A DNA stretch of 64,000 nt from Patescibacteria group bacterium. GTDB taxonomy: Bacteria; Patescibacteriota; Patescibacteriia; CAIXNZ01. The stretch's first letter is position 1. Each line of letters begins with the position of its first letter. A model generated the notes under the pieces. It had not been told where the DNA came from. It worked only from the letters and a program-made list of their open reading frames with translations, and made no database searches. Made by a program: the position numbers and the translations under genes. The stretch is from positions 15,693 through 79,692 of the forward strand of contig JBAZJU010000007.1 of assembly GCA_041651155.1 (NCBI GenBank), in the 5' to 3' direction. This document shows positions 31,262 to 41,507 of the stretch, piece by piece.

Positions 31262-34200
31262 ATGTACCATTTATACGGTCAGGGGGATAAAGAAACTGAA
31301 TATTGTTTTAATGTTGAAACATCAAAGCCATTAAGCGAGAATGAATTAAGTGTTTTAAAGCAACTTTTGGCTGATGGTTTCATATTAGATTCAATTAAAG
31401 ATCAGTCGGAATATCAAGCTAATGACCAAGTCATAGAGCTGGGACCACGCTTAAATTTTGCCACAGCTTTTTCCACAAATGCAGTGGCCATCTGTAAATC
31501 ATGCGGCCTAGATAGTATTAGCAGGGTTGAGAGATCAAGGCGTTATAAGCTGCCTGAGAATATTGATGCTGATAAATTTGTCAGAGAAAATCATGACCGC
31601 ATGACAGAATTTCAGTATCAGCAAAAATTAAATAGTTTTGAAACAGGTTTAAAGCCAGAACCTGTTTTTGTTGTGCCTTTAATTGAACAAGGACCTGAAG
31701 CCTTGAAAAAAATAAATCAGCAAATGGGTTTAGGCATGGATGACTGGGATATTAATTATTACTATGATCTCTTTGTAAATAAAATCGGGCGCAATCCGAC
31801 CAATGTTGAATGTTTTCAATTAGGCCAGGCGAACAGCGAGCATTCACGCCATTGGTTTTTTAAGGGCAAATTAATAATTGATGAGCAAGAGATGCCGCAG
31901 AGTTTAATGGAATTAGTCTCTGCGCCATTAAAAGCCAACCCGAAAAATAGCGCCATTGCTTTTAAAGACAACTCCAGTGCGATTAAAGGTTATCAAATAG
32001 AAACTATTCTGCCAGAAAAACCAGGATTTTTTTCCAAATTCAAAAAAGAAAAATTAACCTACCATATTATATTTACAGCTGAAACTCATAATTTCCCTAG
32101 TGGAGTTGCGCCTTTCCCTGGCGCTGAAACAGGTGGCGGCGGACGCATTCGTGATGTCAATGCGACTGGCAGCGGCTCTTTGGTTTTAGCAGGCACGGCT
32201 GGCTACTGCGTTGGCAATTTGCAAATTCCTGGTTATGACATGCCATGGGAAGAAAAATTATTTATGTATCCTGATAATCTGGCTACGCCATTAAATATTG
32301 AAATTCAAGCCAGTAATGGCGCTTCCGATTATGGCAATAAATTTGGCGAACCATTAATCCAGGGCTTTACCCGCTCTTTTGGTTTAATATTGCCTAATAG
32401 CGAACGCCGGGAATGGTTAAAACCAATTATGTTTTCCGGCGGCGTAGGCCAGATTGACGCCCGCCATGTAGAAAAACGTAAACCCGAGCCAGGCATGCTT
32501 ATAGTCCAGATTGGCGGACCTGCTTATCGCATTGGCATGGGTGGAGGCTCTGCTTCCAGCATGATCCAGGGTGAAAATGTGGCTGAGCTTGATTTTAATG
32601 CAGTCCAAAGAGGCGATGCGGAAATGGAACAAAAAATGAATCGTGTGATCAGGGCATGTGTGGAAATGGGCAATGATAATCCAATCATTTCTATCCATGA
32701 TCAAGGGGCTGGCGGTCCGTGTAATGTTTTAACTGAATTAATAGAACCTGTGGGCGGTAAAATTGAAATCAGAAAAATAAGATTGGGTGACAAGACCTTG
32801 TCTGTTTTAGAAATTTGGGGAGCTGAATACCAAGAACGAGATGCCTTGCTAATTAAACCCGAAAGGATTAAACAGTTTGAGGAAATTTGCCATAGAGAAA
32901 GAGCTGATTATGAAATTTTAGGTAAAATAACCGGTGATGGCAAAGTTGTTGTTTATGATGAAAGCAATGATTCAACACCAGTTGAGCTTGATTTAGAAAA
33001 AATCCTAGGTAAAATGCCGCAAAAAGTTTTTAAAGACAAACACCTTAACTTAAATTTAAATCCCCTAGAAATTCCTGCGAATTTATCATTTGAAAATGCC
33101 CTGAATAATGTTTTGCATTTAGTTGGAGTCGGTTCAAAAGGATTTTTAGTCCATAAAGTTGACCGCAGCGTCACTGGTTTAATTGCGCAACAACAATGCG
33201 CTGGTCCGCTACAATTGACTGTAGCTGATGTCTCAGTTATTGCCCAAAGCCATTTTTCCCAAACAGGCGCAGCTATTTCAATTGGTGAACAGCCTAATAA
33301 AATTATGATTGATCCAAAAGTCGGCGCAAGAATGTCAGTGGCTGAGGCTTTAACCAATATAGTTTGGGCAAAAATAAGCAATTTGCAAGATATTAAATGC
33401 TCAGGCAATTGGATGTGGGCAGCGAAATTGCCAGGTGAGGGAGCCAATCTATATGATGCGGCCAAAGCCGTAAGTGAAATCATGATTGATTTGGGCATTG
33501 CCATTGATGGCGGAAAAGACAGCTTAAGCATGGCTGCCAAAGTCGGCCAAGAAATAGTGAAATCACCAAGCCAATTAGTTGTATCTGCTTACGCCACAGT
33601 GCCTGATATAAATAAAGTAATTACTCCTGATATTAAAAATCCAGGGCAAAGCAGTCTTTGGCTGATTGATTTAGGATTGGGCCAACATCGTTTAGGCGGC
33701 TCTGCTTTAGCCCAGACCTTAAAACAAATCGGCAATCAAGCGCCTGATGTTAATGATCCTGAAATTTTAAAACAAGCTTTTTTTGCAGTTCAAGACATGA
33801 TAGATGAAAAAGTAATTTTAGCAGGCCATGATCGTTCAGATGGCGGCCTGATTACTACCCTTTTAGAAATGGCCTTCTCTGGCAATTGCGGTTTAGAAAT
33901 AGATTTTGATTGGCCAGGAGTTTCTGCCCTTGAATATTATTTCAATGAAGAATTAGGTTTAGTAGTAGAAGTAACCCCAGAAAAAGAAGAAAGATTCAAA
34001 GAAATTATTGAAAAATATAATTTGATTGAATTAACACATGGTTTGGGCAGGACAATTTCAAACCCTCAAATCATTATTAGCTATAATCAACGAGTAATTT
34101 TGGATCAAGATATGAGAGATTTGCGCCAGGTCTGGCAGGAAACAAGCTATCAATTGGAGAGAATGCAAACCAATCATCGCTGTGCTGATCAGGAAAAAAT

Positions 34201-36220
34201 AAATACTTATGACCAGAAATCCCCTGAATATAAATTGACTTTTGAGCCGTTGCCAACTGCTGCAGAAATTTTAAATTCTAATTATAAACCAAAAGTAGCA
34301 ATTATCCGCGAAGAAGGCAGTAATGGCGACAGAGAAATGACCAGTGCGTTTTATCTGGCTGGCTTTGAAGTCTGGGATATAACCATGACAGACTTGCTAA
34401 ATAACAGAGCTGATTTAGCTGATTTTAGAGGCGTGGTTTTTGTAGGTGGCTTTTCTTATGCTGACACTTTAGGTTCAGCCAAAGGTTGGGCCAGCACCAT
34501 CCGCTTTTCTGACCAATTAAAAAAAATGTTTAATGATTTTTATAATCGGGCAGATACTTTTTCTTTAGGGGTATGCAATGGCTGCCAGTTAATGGGCCTT
34601 TTGGGCTGGGTGCCGTGGCAAGGGATTGCAGATGAAAAACAGCCGCGTTTTGTCAGGAATACTTCTGGCCGCTTTGAATCACGCTGGATAACACTCCAGG
34701 TTCAAGATAGCCCGGCTATTATGTTAAAAGACATGGCTGGCACTGTTTTGGGCGCCTGGGTGGCTCATGGTGAAGGCAGGCTGCAGTTTCCTGATGAAAC
34801 AATTTTAGAAAAAGTTAAAAATCAAAAACTAGTTGCCTTAAATTTTGTTGATGATCAAAATCAAAAAACAGAGAACTACCCATTTAATCCCAATGGTTCA
34901 CCTGAAGGAATTACAGGCTTGTGCTCTCCTGATGGCCGTCATTTTGCCATGATGCCGCACCCTGAAAGATCATTTTTAAAATGGCAATTCCCTTATCTAC
35001 CCAAAGAGTGGCAAGATCTACCAGCTTCTCCTTGGTTAAAAATGTTCCAAAATGCTTATAAATGGTGCCAAGAAAATACTCAGGAAAAAAATAATCCAAA
35101 AAGCAAACCAAATAATCCAACTATGACTTATGCCCAAACTGGCATTAATTATGGCGCCATGGATCCATTTAAAATTGCCGCCCAAACTGCCAGCAAAGCC
35201 ACGGCCAAAAATATTGTCCGCTTTAATTTAAAAGAAGTCGGTGCCAGCCGCGGTGAAAGCGCTTATTTGATAGAAGCTGATGATTGTTATTTTGCACATG
35301 TGGAAGAAGGTCTGGGTACAAAAAATATTGTAGCTGAAGCCATGCAAAAATTAACCGGCCAGCTTTATTTTGATAAAATCGCCCAGGATGGAGTGGCCAT
35401 GATAATTAATGACATGATAACTTTAGGCGCTTTGCCCATTTCTCTGGAAATGCATTTGGCTGTCGGCGATTCCAATTGGTTTAATGACACGGCACGGTCG
35501 CAAAATTTAATTGAAGGCTGGAAAAAAGCCTGCAATTTAGCGCGTTGCGCCTGGGGTGGCGGAGAGACTCCAACGTTAAAAGATATTGTAAATCCTGAAA
35601 CGATTTTATTAAGTGGTTCTGCCTTAGGCCTTATTAAACCTAAAGATAAAATTATTACTGGAAACATTCAAGACGGAGATGCTATAATTATTTTTAAAAG
35701 TTCTGGCATCCATGCTAATGGCATTACTTTGGCTAGAAAAATTGCTGAAAAATTGCCAGCAGGCTATTTAACCCCGCTAGATAATGAAAACATAACATTT
35801 GGCGAAGCAATTTTAGAGCCAACAATTATTTATGTGCCGATTATTGAAGACTGCCAAAAAGCGGGCATTAATATTCATTATGCTTCAAATATTACTGGCC
35901 ATGGCTGGCGCAAAATCATGAGAGCGAGCGAACCTTTTATCTATGTAATTGAAACAATTCCAACTCCTCAGCCGATTTTTGACTTTTTGCAAAAACATGG
36001 ACCAATCAATGATGAGGAAGCTTACAGTAATTTAAATATGGGCGCTGGGTTTGTGCTCTTTGTGCCTGAAAAAGACGTTGCTGCGGTTTTAAGCATTGCT
36101 GAAAAAAATAATCTTATTGCTATTAAGGCTGGCCATGTTGAAAAACAAGGCACTGCTAAAAAAGTAATTATAAAACCAAAGGGCATAACTTTAGACGGTG
36201 ATACCTTGAAAGTTCGTTAA
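31262..36220 (+). CDS. purL: Large-type FGAM synthase (PurL with fused glutaminase) fused in frame to AIR synthase PurM (PurM part from ~35123)
   Basis: NSEHSRH, AETHNFP, HDQGAGG, DGGKDS, GHDRSDGG, LGVCNGCQ, MPHPER; then EGLGTK, GGETP, SSGIHANG, ITGHG, NMGAG. Confidence 0.93.
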   Translation: MYHLYGQGDKETEYCFNVETSKPLSENELSVLKQLLADGFILDSIKDQSEYQANDQVIELGPRLNFATAFSTNAVAICKSCGLDSISRVERSRRYKLPENIDADKFVRENHDRMTEFQYQQKLNSFETGLKPEPVFVVPLIEQGPEALKKINQQMGLGMDDWDINYYYDLFVNKIGRNPTNVECFQLGQANSEHSRHWFFKGKLIIDEQEMPQSLMELVSAPLKANPKNSAIAFKDNSSAIKGYQIETILPEKPGFFSKFKKEKLTYHIIFTAETHNFPSGVAPFPGAETGGGGRIRDVNATGSGSLVLAGTAGYCVGNLQIPGYDMPWEEKLFMYPDNLATPLNIEIQASNGASDYGNKFGEPLIQGFTRSFGLILPNSERREWLKPIMFSGGVGQIDARHVEKRKPEPGMLIVQIGGPAYRIGMGGGSASSMIQGENVAELDFNAVQRGDAEMEQKMNRVIRACVEMGNDNPIISIHDQGAGGPCNVLTELIEPVGGKIEIRKIRLGDKTLSVLEIWGAEYQERDALLIKPERIKQFEEICHRERADYEILGKITGDGKVVVYDESNDSTPVELDLEKILGKMPQKVFKDKHLNLNLNPLEIPANLSFENALNNVLHLVGVGSKGFLVHKVDRSVTGLIAQQQCAGPLQLTVADVSVIAQSHFSQTGAAISIGEQPNKIMIDPKVGARMSVAEALTNIVWAKISNLQDIKCSGNWMWAAKLPGEGANLYDAAKAVSEIMIDLGIAIDGGKDSLSMAAKVGQEIVKSPSQLVVSAYATVPDINKVITPDIKNPGQSSLWLIDLGLGQHRLGGSALAQTLKQIGNQAPDVNDPEILKQAFFAVQDMIDEKVILAGHDRSDGGLITTLLEMAFSGNCGLEIDFDWPGVSALEYYFNEELGLVVEVTPEKEERFKEIIEKYNLIELTHGLGRTISNPQIIISYNQRVILDQDMRDLRQVWQETSYQLERMQTNHRCADQEKINTYDQKSPEYKLTFEPLPTAAEILNSNYKPKVAIIREEGSNGDREMTSAFYLAGFEVWDITMTDLLNNRADLADFRGVVFVGGFSYADTLGSAKGWASTIRFSDQLKKMFNDFYNRADTFSLGVCNGCQLMGLLGWVPWQGIADEKQPRFVRNTSGRFESRWITLQVQDSPAIMLKDMAGTVLGAWVAHGEGRLQFPDETILEKVKNQKLVALNFVDDQNQKTENYPFNPNGSPEGITGLCSPDGRHFAMMPHPERSFLKWQFPYLPKEWQDLPASPWLKMFQNAYKWCQENTQEKNNPKSKPNNPTMTYAQTGINYGAMDPFKIAAQTASKATAKNIVRFNLKEVGASRGESAYLIEADDCYFAHVEEGLGTKNIVAEAMQKLTGQLYFDKIAQDGVAMIINDMITLGALPISLEMHLAVGDSNWFNDTARSQNLIEGWKKACNLARCAWGGGETPTLKDIVNPETILLSGSALGLIKPKDKIITGNIQDGDAIIIFKSSGIHANGITLARKIAEKLPAGYLTPLDNENITFGEAILEPTIIYVPIIEDCQKAGINIHYASNITGHGWRKIMRASEPFIYVIETIPTPQPIFDFLQKHGPINDEEAYSNLNMGAGFVLFVPEKDVAAVLSIAEKNNLIAIKAGHVEKQGTAKKVIIKPKGITLDGDTLKVR

Positions 36221-36232
36221 AAATAAAATCAA

Positions 36233-36292
36233 AGAGCGGATCCCAAAGATCCGCTTTTTTTGTTTGCCCCAAAATGTTATATTGACAAAATT
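36233..36292 (+). repeat. Terminator-plus-promoter junction repeat, copy 1 of 3 (others 37238-37296 and 38180-38202)
   Basis: AGAGCGGATC-N5-GATCCGCT, T run, TTTGCCNCAAAATGTTATATTGACAAAATT shared with copy 2. Confidence 0.85.
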
Positions 36293-36435
36293 TATAATGG
36301 TATTATGATTAAAGTGGTTCTTTAAAACCCTGTTTAATTGTAGTTCAGTTGAACGTCTTTTAAACAGTAAAATCCAATCAAAAGAGCGCCTGTTGCGATT
36401 CCTGCGGATGTGAACGCCTGGCTAAGGAGAAAATA

Positions 36436-37212
36436 ATGAAAAGCTTAAAAACGGTTTTGGTTTTGGCAACAGCATTTTTTTTAACAGTAACAATAGCTTC
36501 CTGTTCGCCTGAAGACGATTCTGCTGAAATTAACGGCATAGGCGTGGATGCGGCCTCAGTGTCTCAGATTAATGTCTGGCTATTAGGAAGCGACCATACT
36601 GACGGTTTCAAACTAGAACGCAGTACTGATGGTATATTCTATTCCCAAATTGCTGATGTCGGTTATGACCATGACCTAGGGTACATTACCTATGAAGACA
36701 AGGATCTATATTCTGAAACCTACTATTATTACCGGGCTTACGCTTATAATGGTCATGACGAGTCAAGTTATGATGGCCCGGTAGCGACTAGGACATTGTT
36801 TGATGGTTATGGCATGTGTACGTCTAAAACTGCCATCACTGGTTTTCCTTGCCTGCCAACGCGTTGCCAGCATTTAAGGGAGTCTGAGTTTATATATGCT
36901 ACTGGTGCCGACGTCCTTGAATGTTTAAGCGTGGGATTTACTGCGCCTGCAACCATGACAGTCCTATTTGCCTATAAAGCAAGCGCATCGACCTGTTTCA
37001 ATGAACCTTATTTGCAGATTTCAACCGGAAGCCAAACACAGGACTATTCTTTTTCCTGCAATTCTCCAGATTCTATAGTAACAGGACCAGCTACCGGTAT
37101 TCTAGTAATTAATATTGATGCTGGTCAGACCATAGATGATCTTAATTTTGTGCTGGCCTCTGGTGATTGGGGTTCATCAGTGTGCATAAAATCCATAACT
37201 TTTGCACCCTAG
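36436..37212 (+). CDS. Lipoprotein with a fibronectin type III-like domain
   Basis: Lipobox TIASC; GFKLERS...YEDKDL...YYYRAYAYN; SD AAGGAG. Confidence 0.75.
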   Translation: MKSLKTVLVLATAFFLTVTIASCSPEDDSAEINGIGVDAASVSQINVWLLGSDHTDGFKLERSTDGIFYSQIADVGYDHDLGYITYEDKDLYSETYYYYRAYAYNGHDESSYDGPVATRTLFDGYGMCTSKTAITGFPCLPTRCQHLRESEFIYATGADVLECLSVGFTAPATMTVLFAYKASASTCFNEPYLQISTGSQTQDYSFSCNSPDSIVTGPATGILVINIDAGQTIDDLNFVLASGDWGSSVCIKSITFAP

Positions 37213-37237
37213 TACTATCAATAATGTAAAAATTTCT

Positions 37238-37296
37238 AGAGCGGATCATAAAGATCCGCTTTTTTATTTGCCGCAAAATGTTATATTGACAAAATT
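37238..37296 (+). repeat. Terminator-plus-promoter junction repeat, copy 2
   Basis: Near-identical to 36233-36292 by eye. Confidence 0.85.
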
Positions 37297-37443
37297 CTAA
37301 TTTGAGATAAGCTTAACTTGGTTCTTTACAAGCCTGCCGGCTGCAGTCCCTCTGAGCGGGATGGTTGCGGAGCAGAAAACAACAAATTCTTTAAAAGGCC
37401 GGATGCGTGCTAATAAGCGGATGCATGGCCAAAGGAGAAAAAG

Positions 37444-38169
37444 ATGAGAAATGTCAAAAATGAAAAAGCGAAATCTGATCTACCCTATAGGACTGGGATT
37501 TCAGAATTCACCATTATCCAACCAGAATTAACCAAGGGGTCTAATGATGAATGGATTATCAATCCAGGGCAAATGCAAAAAATAATCAATTCCTCAAAAG
37601 ACTTTACGGGACTTTTACACGTAGGCTGTTTATCAACGGGGAGAATTTACGATAATGAGGAGCCAGTAGGTTTCAAGTCATGCTCCGGCTCCCTAGTCGT
37701 CCATCCTTTTAAGAGGCCCCGCCCTGAACCATGGCAAGAATACGCAAATTTAATAATTGGATGCACTGGTTGCCGGATGGAGTTCTTTACGTCATTAACC
37801 AATAAGGAACTTTGGAGTGTTATTTTCCATCTGATGATTAAGCAGATGATCCCAAATTTCCCAGCCTGTAATTACATCGATTGCAATCAATTTCAGAATC
37901 TCTCATCCCAGGAGGCAGGAGCAATAGTTGATCTGGGGTTACTTTCCTTATTGCCCGATATTTTTATGGGTAGTAATGGATTTAGCGAACAGAAAAGTGG
38001 TTTTAACGGTCTGGGTTTCATGCTTAAACAGAAAATGGATACTCTGTATGATTGCGATAATTTCAGCGAATGGCTAAAGTTTCTCTTTGTGAAAAAAATG
38101 GAGCAACTTCAAGAAACTTTAGATTTTACTGAAAGTCTGCTGCGCGGACCGAAAACAAAGCGCAGCTAA
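37444..38169 (+). CDS. Hypothetical protein
   Basis: Own promoter, SD AAGGAG and terminator; no recognisable family. Confidence 0.65.
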   Translation: MRNVKNEKAKSDLPYRTGISEFTIIQPELTKGSNDEWIINPGQMQKIINSSKDFTGLLHVGCLSTGRIYDNEEPVGFKSCSGSLVVHPFKRPRPEPWQEYANLIIGCTGCRMEFFTSLTNKELWSVIFHLMIKQMIPNFPACNYIDCNQFQNLSSQEAGAIVDLGLLSLLPDIFMGSNGFSEQKSGFNGLGFMLKQKMDTLYDCDNFSEWLKFLFVKKMEQLQETLDFTESLLRGPKTKRS

Positions 38170-38179
38170 AACCTCAAGT

Positions 38180-38202
38180 GAGCGGATCTAAAAAGTCCGC
38201 TC
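38180..38202 (+). terminator. Third copy of the GAGCGGA hairpin terminator
   Basis: GAGCGGATCTAAAAAGTCCGCTC followed by a T-rich tail. Confidence 0.75.
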
Positions 38203-38266
38203 TTTCTTTTTGTGTTAAAGCTGAAAAAATGATAAAATTACTTTAAGAGCTATAGATAATTTATTC

Positions 38267-38288
38267 GCCTGCCTGCCGGCAGGCGGGC
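38267..38288. repeat. REP-like GC palindrome GCCTGCCTGCCGGCAGGCGGGC
   Basis: Second copy at 42447-42466. Confidence 0.75.
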
Positions 38289-38318
38289 AGATTAGCATTA
38301 AATTCTATTCGCATTATT

Positions 38319-38882
38319 ATGAGAATCAAAATAGTTGACGGCTTTAAAATCAGAAATACATTTGATGACGAATTCGGTATTTTGGCAGATTATATAAATA
38401 CGCCATACATGAAGCCTGGCGAGATTTGGCTTGATCGCGCTTTTTTAGCTGAAAAGAAAAAAATATTGGCTGAATATAATGAGAACCGAAAATTAGTTAA
38501 AAAGTATGGCTATGAAAAAGCTAAAAAAATGATGCGTTTTAAAGTTGCCAAAAATTTCAAAATTGAGACAGTTAAACTTAACTTGCTAAAAAAACAAGGC
38601 AATTTAAAAATATATTTAGTAAAGGGCAGAAAAATAAGAGAAAATTTAGATCCGAATTTTTATTTTGGCGGGCATTATCTGGTTTATAAGTATGTGCCAA
38701 AAAACGAAGTCTGGATTGATGATTCAGTTACGCCTAAAGAAAGAAAATATATTTCGGTTCACGAACTTTTTGAACTAAATTTAATGCAAAAAGGCAAAAG
38801 TTATAATAATGCCCATGATTATGCCAATGCTGCTGAAAAGGAAGCCAGGCGTAAGGATGGCGCAGTGTATGTGACTGATTGA
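38319..38882 (+). CDS. Hypothetical protein with an internal duplication and an HExxE motif
   Basis: IVDGFKIRN...EIWLD / LVKGRKIRE...EVWID; HELFE...AH. Confidence 0.7.
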   Translation: MRIKIVDGFKIRNTFDDEFGILADYINTPYMKPGEIWLDRAFLAEKKKILAEYNENRKLVKKYGYEKAKKMMRFKVAKNFKIETVKLNLLKKQGNLKIYLVKGRKIRENLDPNFYFGGHYLVYKYVPKNEVWIDDSVTPKERKYISVHELFELNLMQKGKSYNNAHDYANAAEKEARRKDGAVYVTD

Positions 38883-38988
38883 AATTTAAAGTTCAAAGTT
38901 TAAATTTAAAAATTGCAGTTGAAAATTACAAATTTTGGTTTTTAAATTGTGATTTTAAACTTTGCATTTTGCATTTTAAATTTATTAT

Positions 38989-39999
38989 ATGTTACTGCCC
39001 AAAAAAATCAACAAAGACAGCAAAGTAAATCTAATCCATACTTCTTCACCGGTTGAAAGAGAGGATTGGGATGATTTTATTTTTGCTTTAGGTAAGTTGA
39101 AACAGATGTTTCCCAACCTAAATTTTTATGATGTGCAAAGGACAGAACTGGATCCCCGTTATTTGTCCGGCTCTGAAGATGAGCGTTTAAAAAAGTTTAG
39201 GCAGGCGATTAAAGAAGTGGATTGGCTGGCGCCAATTTATGGCGGAACCGGCTGCATTGATATAGTCAGACGCCTAAACGAAGATGATTTAGACAAATTC
39301 CGCAAAAACAGGCCGATTGTTAATGGGTTTAGCGACACGACTTCACTGATAAATTATTTATACTTTAAAATCAAATTGCTAACTTTTCATTTTACCAACG
39401 CAGCTGGCATTTTTGATACTAAAAATTCTAAATTATTTTTTGATATAATTTTTGGCAAAAAAAACTCCTTTTCCTTTTTGGAAAATAATTACAAATGGCT
39501 TTCGCCGGCTAATGCTCCAAAAAATAGATTAGAAGGTATTGCCCTTGGCGGTAATTTTTCTACTTTTCGTAATTTATTAGACATTTGTGATTTAAAACCA
39601 AAGTCCTGGGAAGATTACATTCTTTTTATTGAAGAATATGATATGGATATGCAAGATTCTCACCCGGATATTATAGCCCTTGATCAAAAAGGCGTTTTTA
39701 AACATATCAAAGCAATAGTCTTGGGCAGAATTGCCGAACCTGAATTTAAAAGTGATTTGCAAAAATTAAATTATATTTTTGGACGGCAGAAGGAACAGGA
39801 AAAAATGAGCAGTGTTTTTGAGTATCTAATCAGTGACGCAATCAAAGAGCGTTTGGCTAAAAATGATCCGCTTTATATTTTAAAAGTTGATAATCTTGGC
39901 CATAATGTTTTGCGCAACCCCATGATTATTCCGATAGGCGGCAAGACAATTATTCATCCAGATAAAAAAATAGAATTTATCGGGCCGTTTGTGGAGTAA
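38989..39999 (+). CDS. LD-carboxypeptidase / MccF-like (peptidase S66)
   Basis: TSSP, YGGTG, GFSDTT, GGN, LFIEE, LGH...IPIG. Confidence 0.85.
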   Translation: MLLPKKINKDSKVNLIHTSSPVEREDWDDFIFALGKLKQMFPNLNFYDVQRTELDPRYLSGSEDERLKKFRQAIKEVDWLAPIYGGTGCIDIVRRLNEDDLDKFRKNRPIVNGFSDTTSLINYLYFKIKLLTFHFTNAAGIFDTKNSKLFFDIIFGKKNSFSFLENNYKWLSPANAPKNRLEGIALGGNFSTFRNLLDICDLKPKSWEDYILFIEEYDMDMQDSHPDIIALDQKGVFKHIKAIVLGRIAEPEFKSDLQKLNYIFGRQKEQEKMSSVFEYLISDAIKERLAKNDPLYILKVDNLGHNVLRNPMIIPIGGKTIIHPDKKIEFIGPFVE

Positions 40000-40125
40000 A
40001 GTTTAAAATAAAAAGGCAGAAATTTAATTCCGTCTTTTTTTATTTTGGGTAGCCCTTGACAAACATTAAAAAATTCGCTAAACTATAAAATTCCAAATGA
40101 AAAATACTTTAAGGAGGTAGCTTTA

Positions 40126-40836
40126 GTGAAAAGAAAAGTCGCAAGTCCAAAGTACATGCACGTAAATGTAGGCGATAAAATCCGAGTCCTTTTCCGGCAC
40201 AGCGGCAAAAGTTTTGATGGTATCGTCATCAAGGTGGAACCGAGATTAGGGTTTATTAACGGCGGCTCCACAAAACAATCCCCGTTGGTTTGCGCGAAAA
40301 ATCTTGCCACAGGAGAAATTGAATCCTTTGACAACAGCTTTGTTCAGTCAATAACAGAAAGGCATCAATGTCCAGCCCAACCGCCCTTTAACATTTACAG
40401 GAAATATTTTCTCATCTGCCAGGAAATTTTAACCGACAAAAAAAATATTGTTTCCGGGCCGCTTGCTGTTTTGTCAGGATTTTATCTGGCTCGCCTGAAC
40501 ATATTTCTGCCGCATCCCATTGATCTGGGAAAACTATCGGCCGAATACGGCAAACAAAAACCTGGTTTGATTCAAACCGATGGCTGGACATACCGGGTTA
40601 AGGTAAAACCCTTCAAAAAATGGCTCAAAAAAAACGCCTACAAAATTACTCAGACTTCGGCTCAGATAAGAGCAGAACTGACCCTCCACGAAATGGAATG
40701 GGAGACAGACGCAGAAGAATGGCTTCATGCTGATGAGGAAGATGAAATTAAGGGAAGCCTTCTCAGAGACATAGAACAGGATCTGGCCACAGAGCTTTTA
40801 AAACGCACTCCAAAAAATGAATGCGGCCAATGCTAA
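40126..40836 (+). CDS. Hypothetical protein (GTG start)
   Basis: TTGACA-17-TAAACT promoter at ~40056; SD AAGGAGG; downstream terminator. Confidence 0.65.
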   Translation: MKRKVASPKYMHVNVGDKIRVLFRHSGKSFDGIVIKVEPRLGFINGGSTKQSPLVCAKNLATGEIESFDNSFVQSITERHQCPAQPPFNIYRKYFLICQEILTDKKNIVSGPLAVLSGFYLARLNIFLPHPIDLGKLSAEYGKQKPGLIQTDGWTYRVKVKPFKKWLKKNAYKITQTSAQIRAELTLHEMEWETDAEEWLHADEEDEIKGSLLRDIEQDLATELLKRTPKNECGQC

Positions 40837-40888
40837 AAATAAAAGGACTCGCTTTAAAGCGGGTCCTTATTTTAATTCTCTTAAAATT

Positions 40889-41413
40889 TTATTTTAGATT
40901 ATCCCACTGAGTCCAGTCATTGACCCAGACAACATTTTTTATATTTGTTAAATATAAAAGATTTACTTCCACAAACGGTTTCCAATAGCACAGAAAAATT
41001 GAGACGCCAGCCCAGGCATCTATTGGCTGGACATAAGCTGTCTCGCCAATAACTTTAATGTAATTTGAGGTATCTGTGGTGCTTTGAGGGAAAGTGATGT
41101 TGGCTTCTTGGGCAGCAAGTTCTAATGTTTTATTTACCAACTGGTCTTGGATCAAATTTGTCTGAGTAATTGTTTTGGTTACTGCTTTAGTAATCGTTTT
41201 TCTAAAACCAGCGCTATCCATATCTGCTCCATTACAGTATTTTAATGGATCTTCAGCCGGTACCAAAAAGCTGACAATTGTTTCTTGAGGCTGGTTTGAA
41301 TTTGAGATTTGATTTGTATTGGGCTGGCTATTGGTAATTGGCTGAGACAAATTACAGCCCGAGACCAAAATTAAAGTTAAAACTATAAAACAGAATAAGC
41401 TAAATTTTTTCAT
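40889..41413 (-). CDS. Putative lipoprotein
   Basis: Signal peptide with LVSGC lipobox. Confidence 0.7.
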   Translation of the reverse strand: MKKFSLFCFIVLTLILVSGCNLSQPITNSQPNTNQISNSNQPQETIVSFLVPAEDPLKYCNGADMDSAGFRKTITKAVTKTITQTNLIQDQLVNKTLELAAQEANITFPQSTTDTSNYIKVIGETAYVQPIDAWAGVSIFLCYWKPFVEVNLLYLTNIKNVVWVNDWTQWDNLK

Positions 41414-41507
41414 AAAAAATTATTAATTAATTAGGCTATTTAAATTATACCAATTTTTTCAAACAAAAAACACCCTTAATAAAAAGAAGTGTTTTTGCCG
41501 CTGAGTA

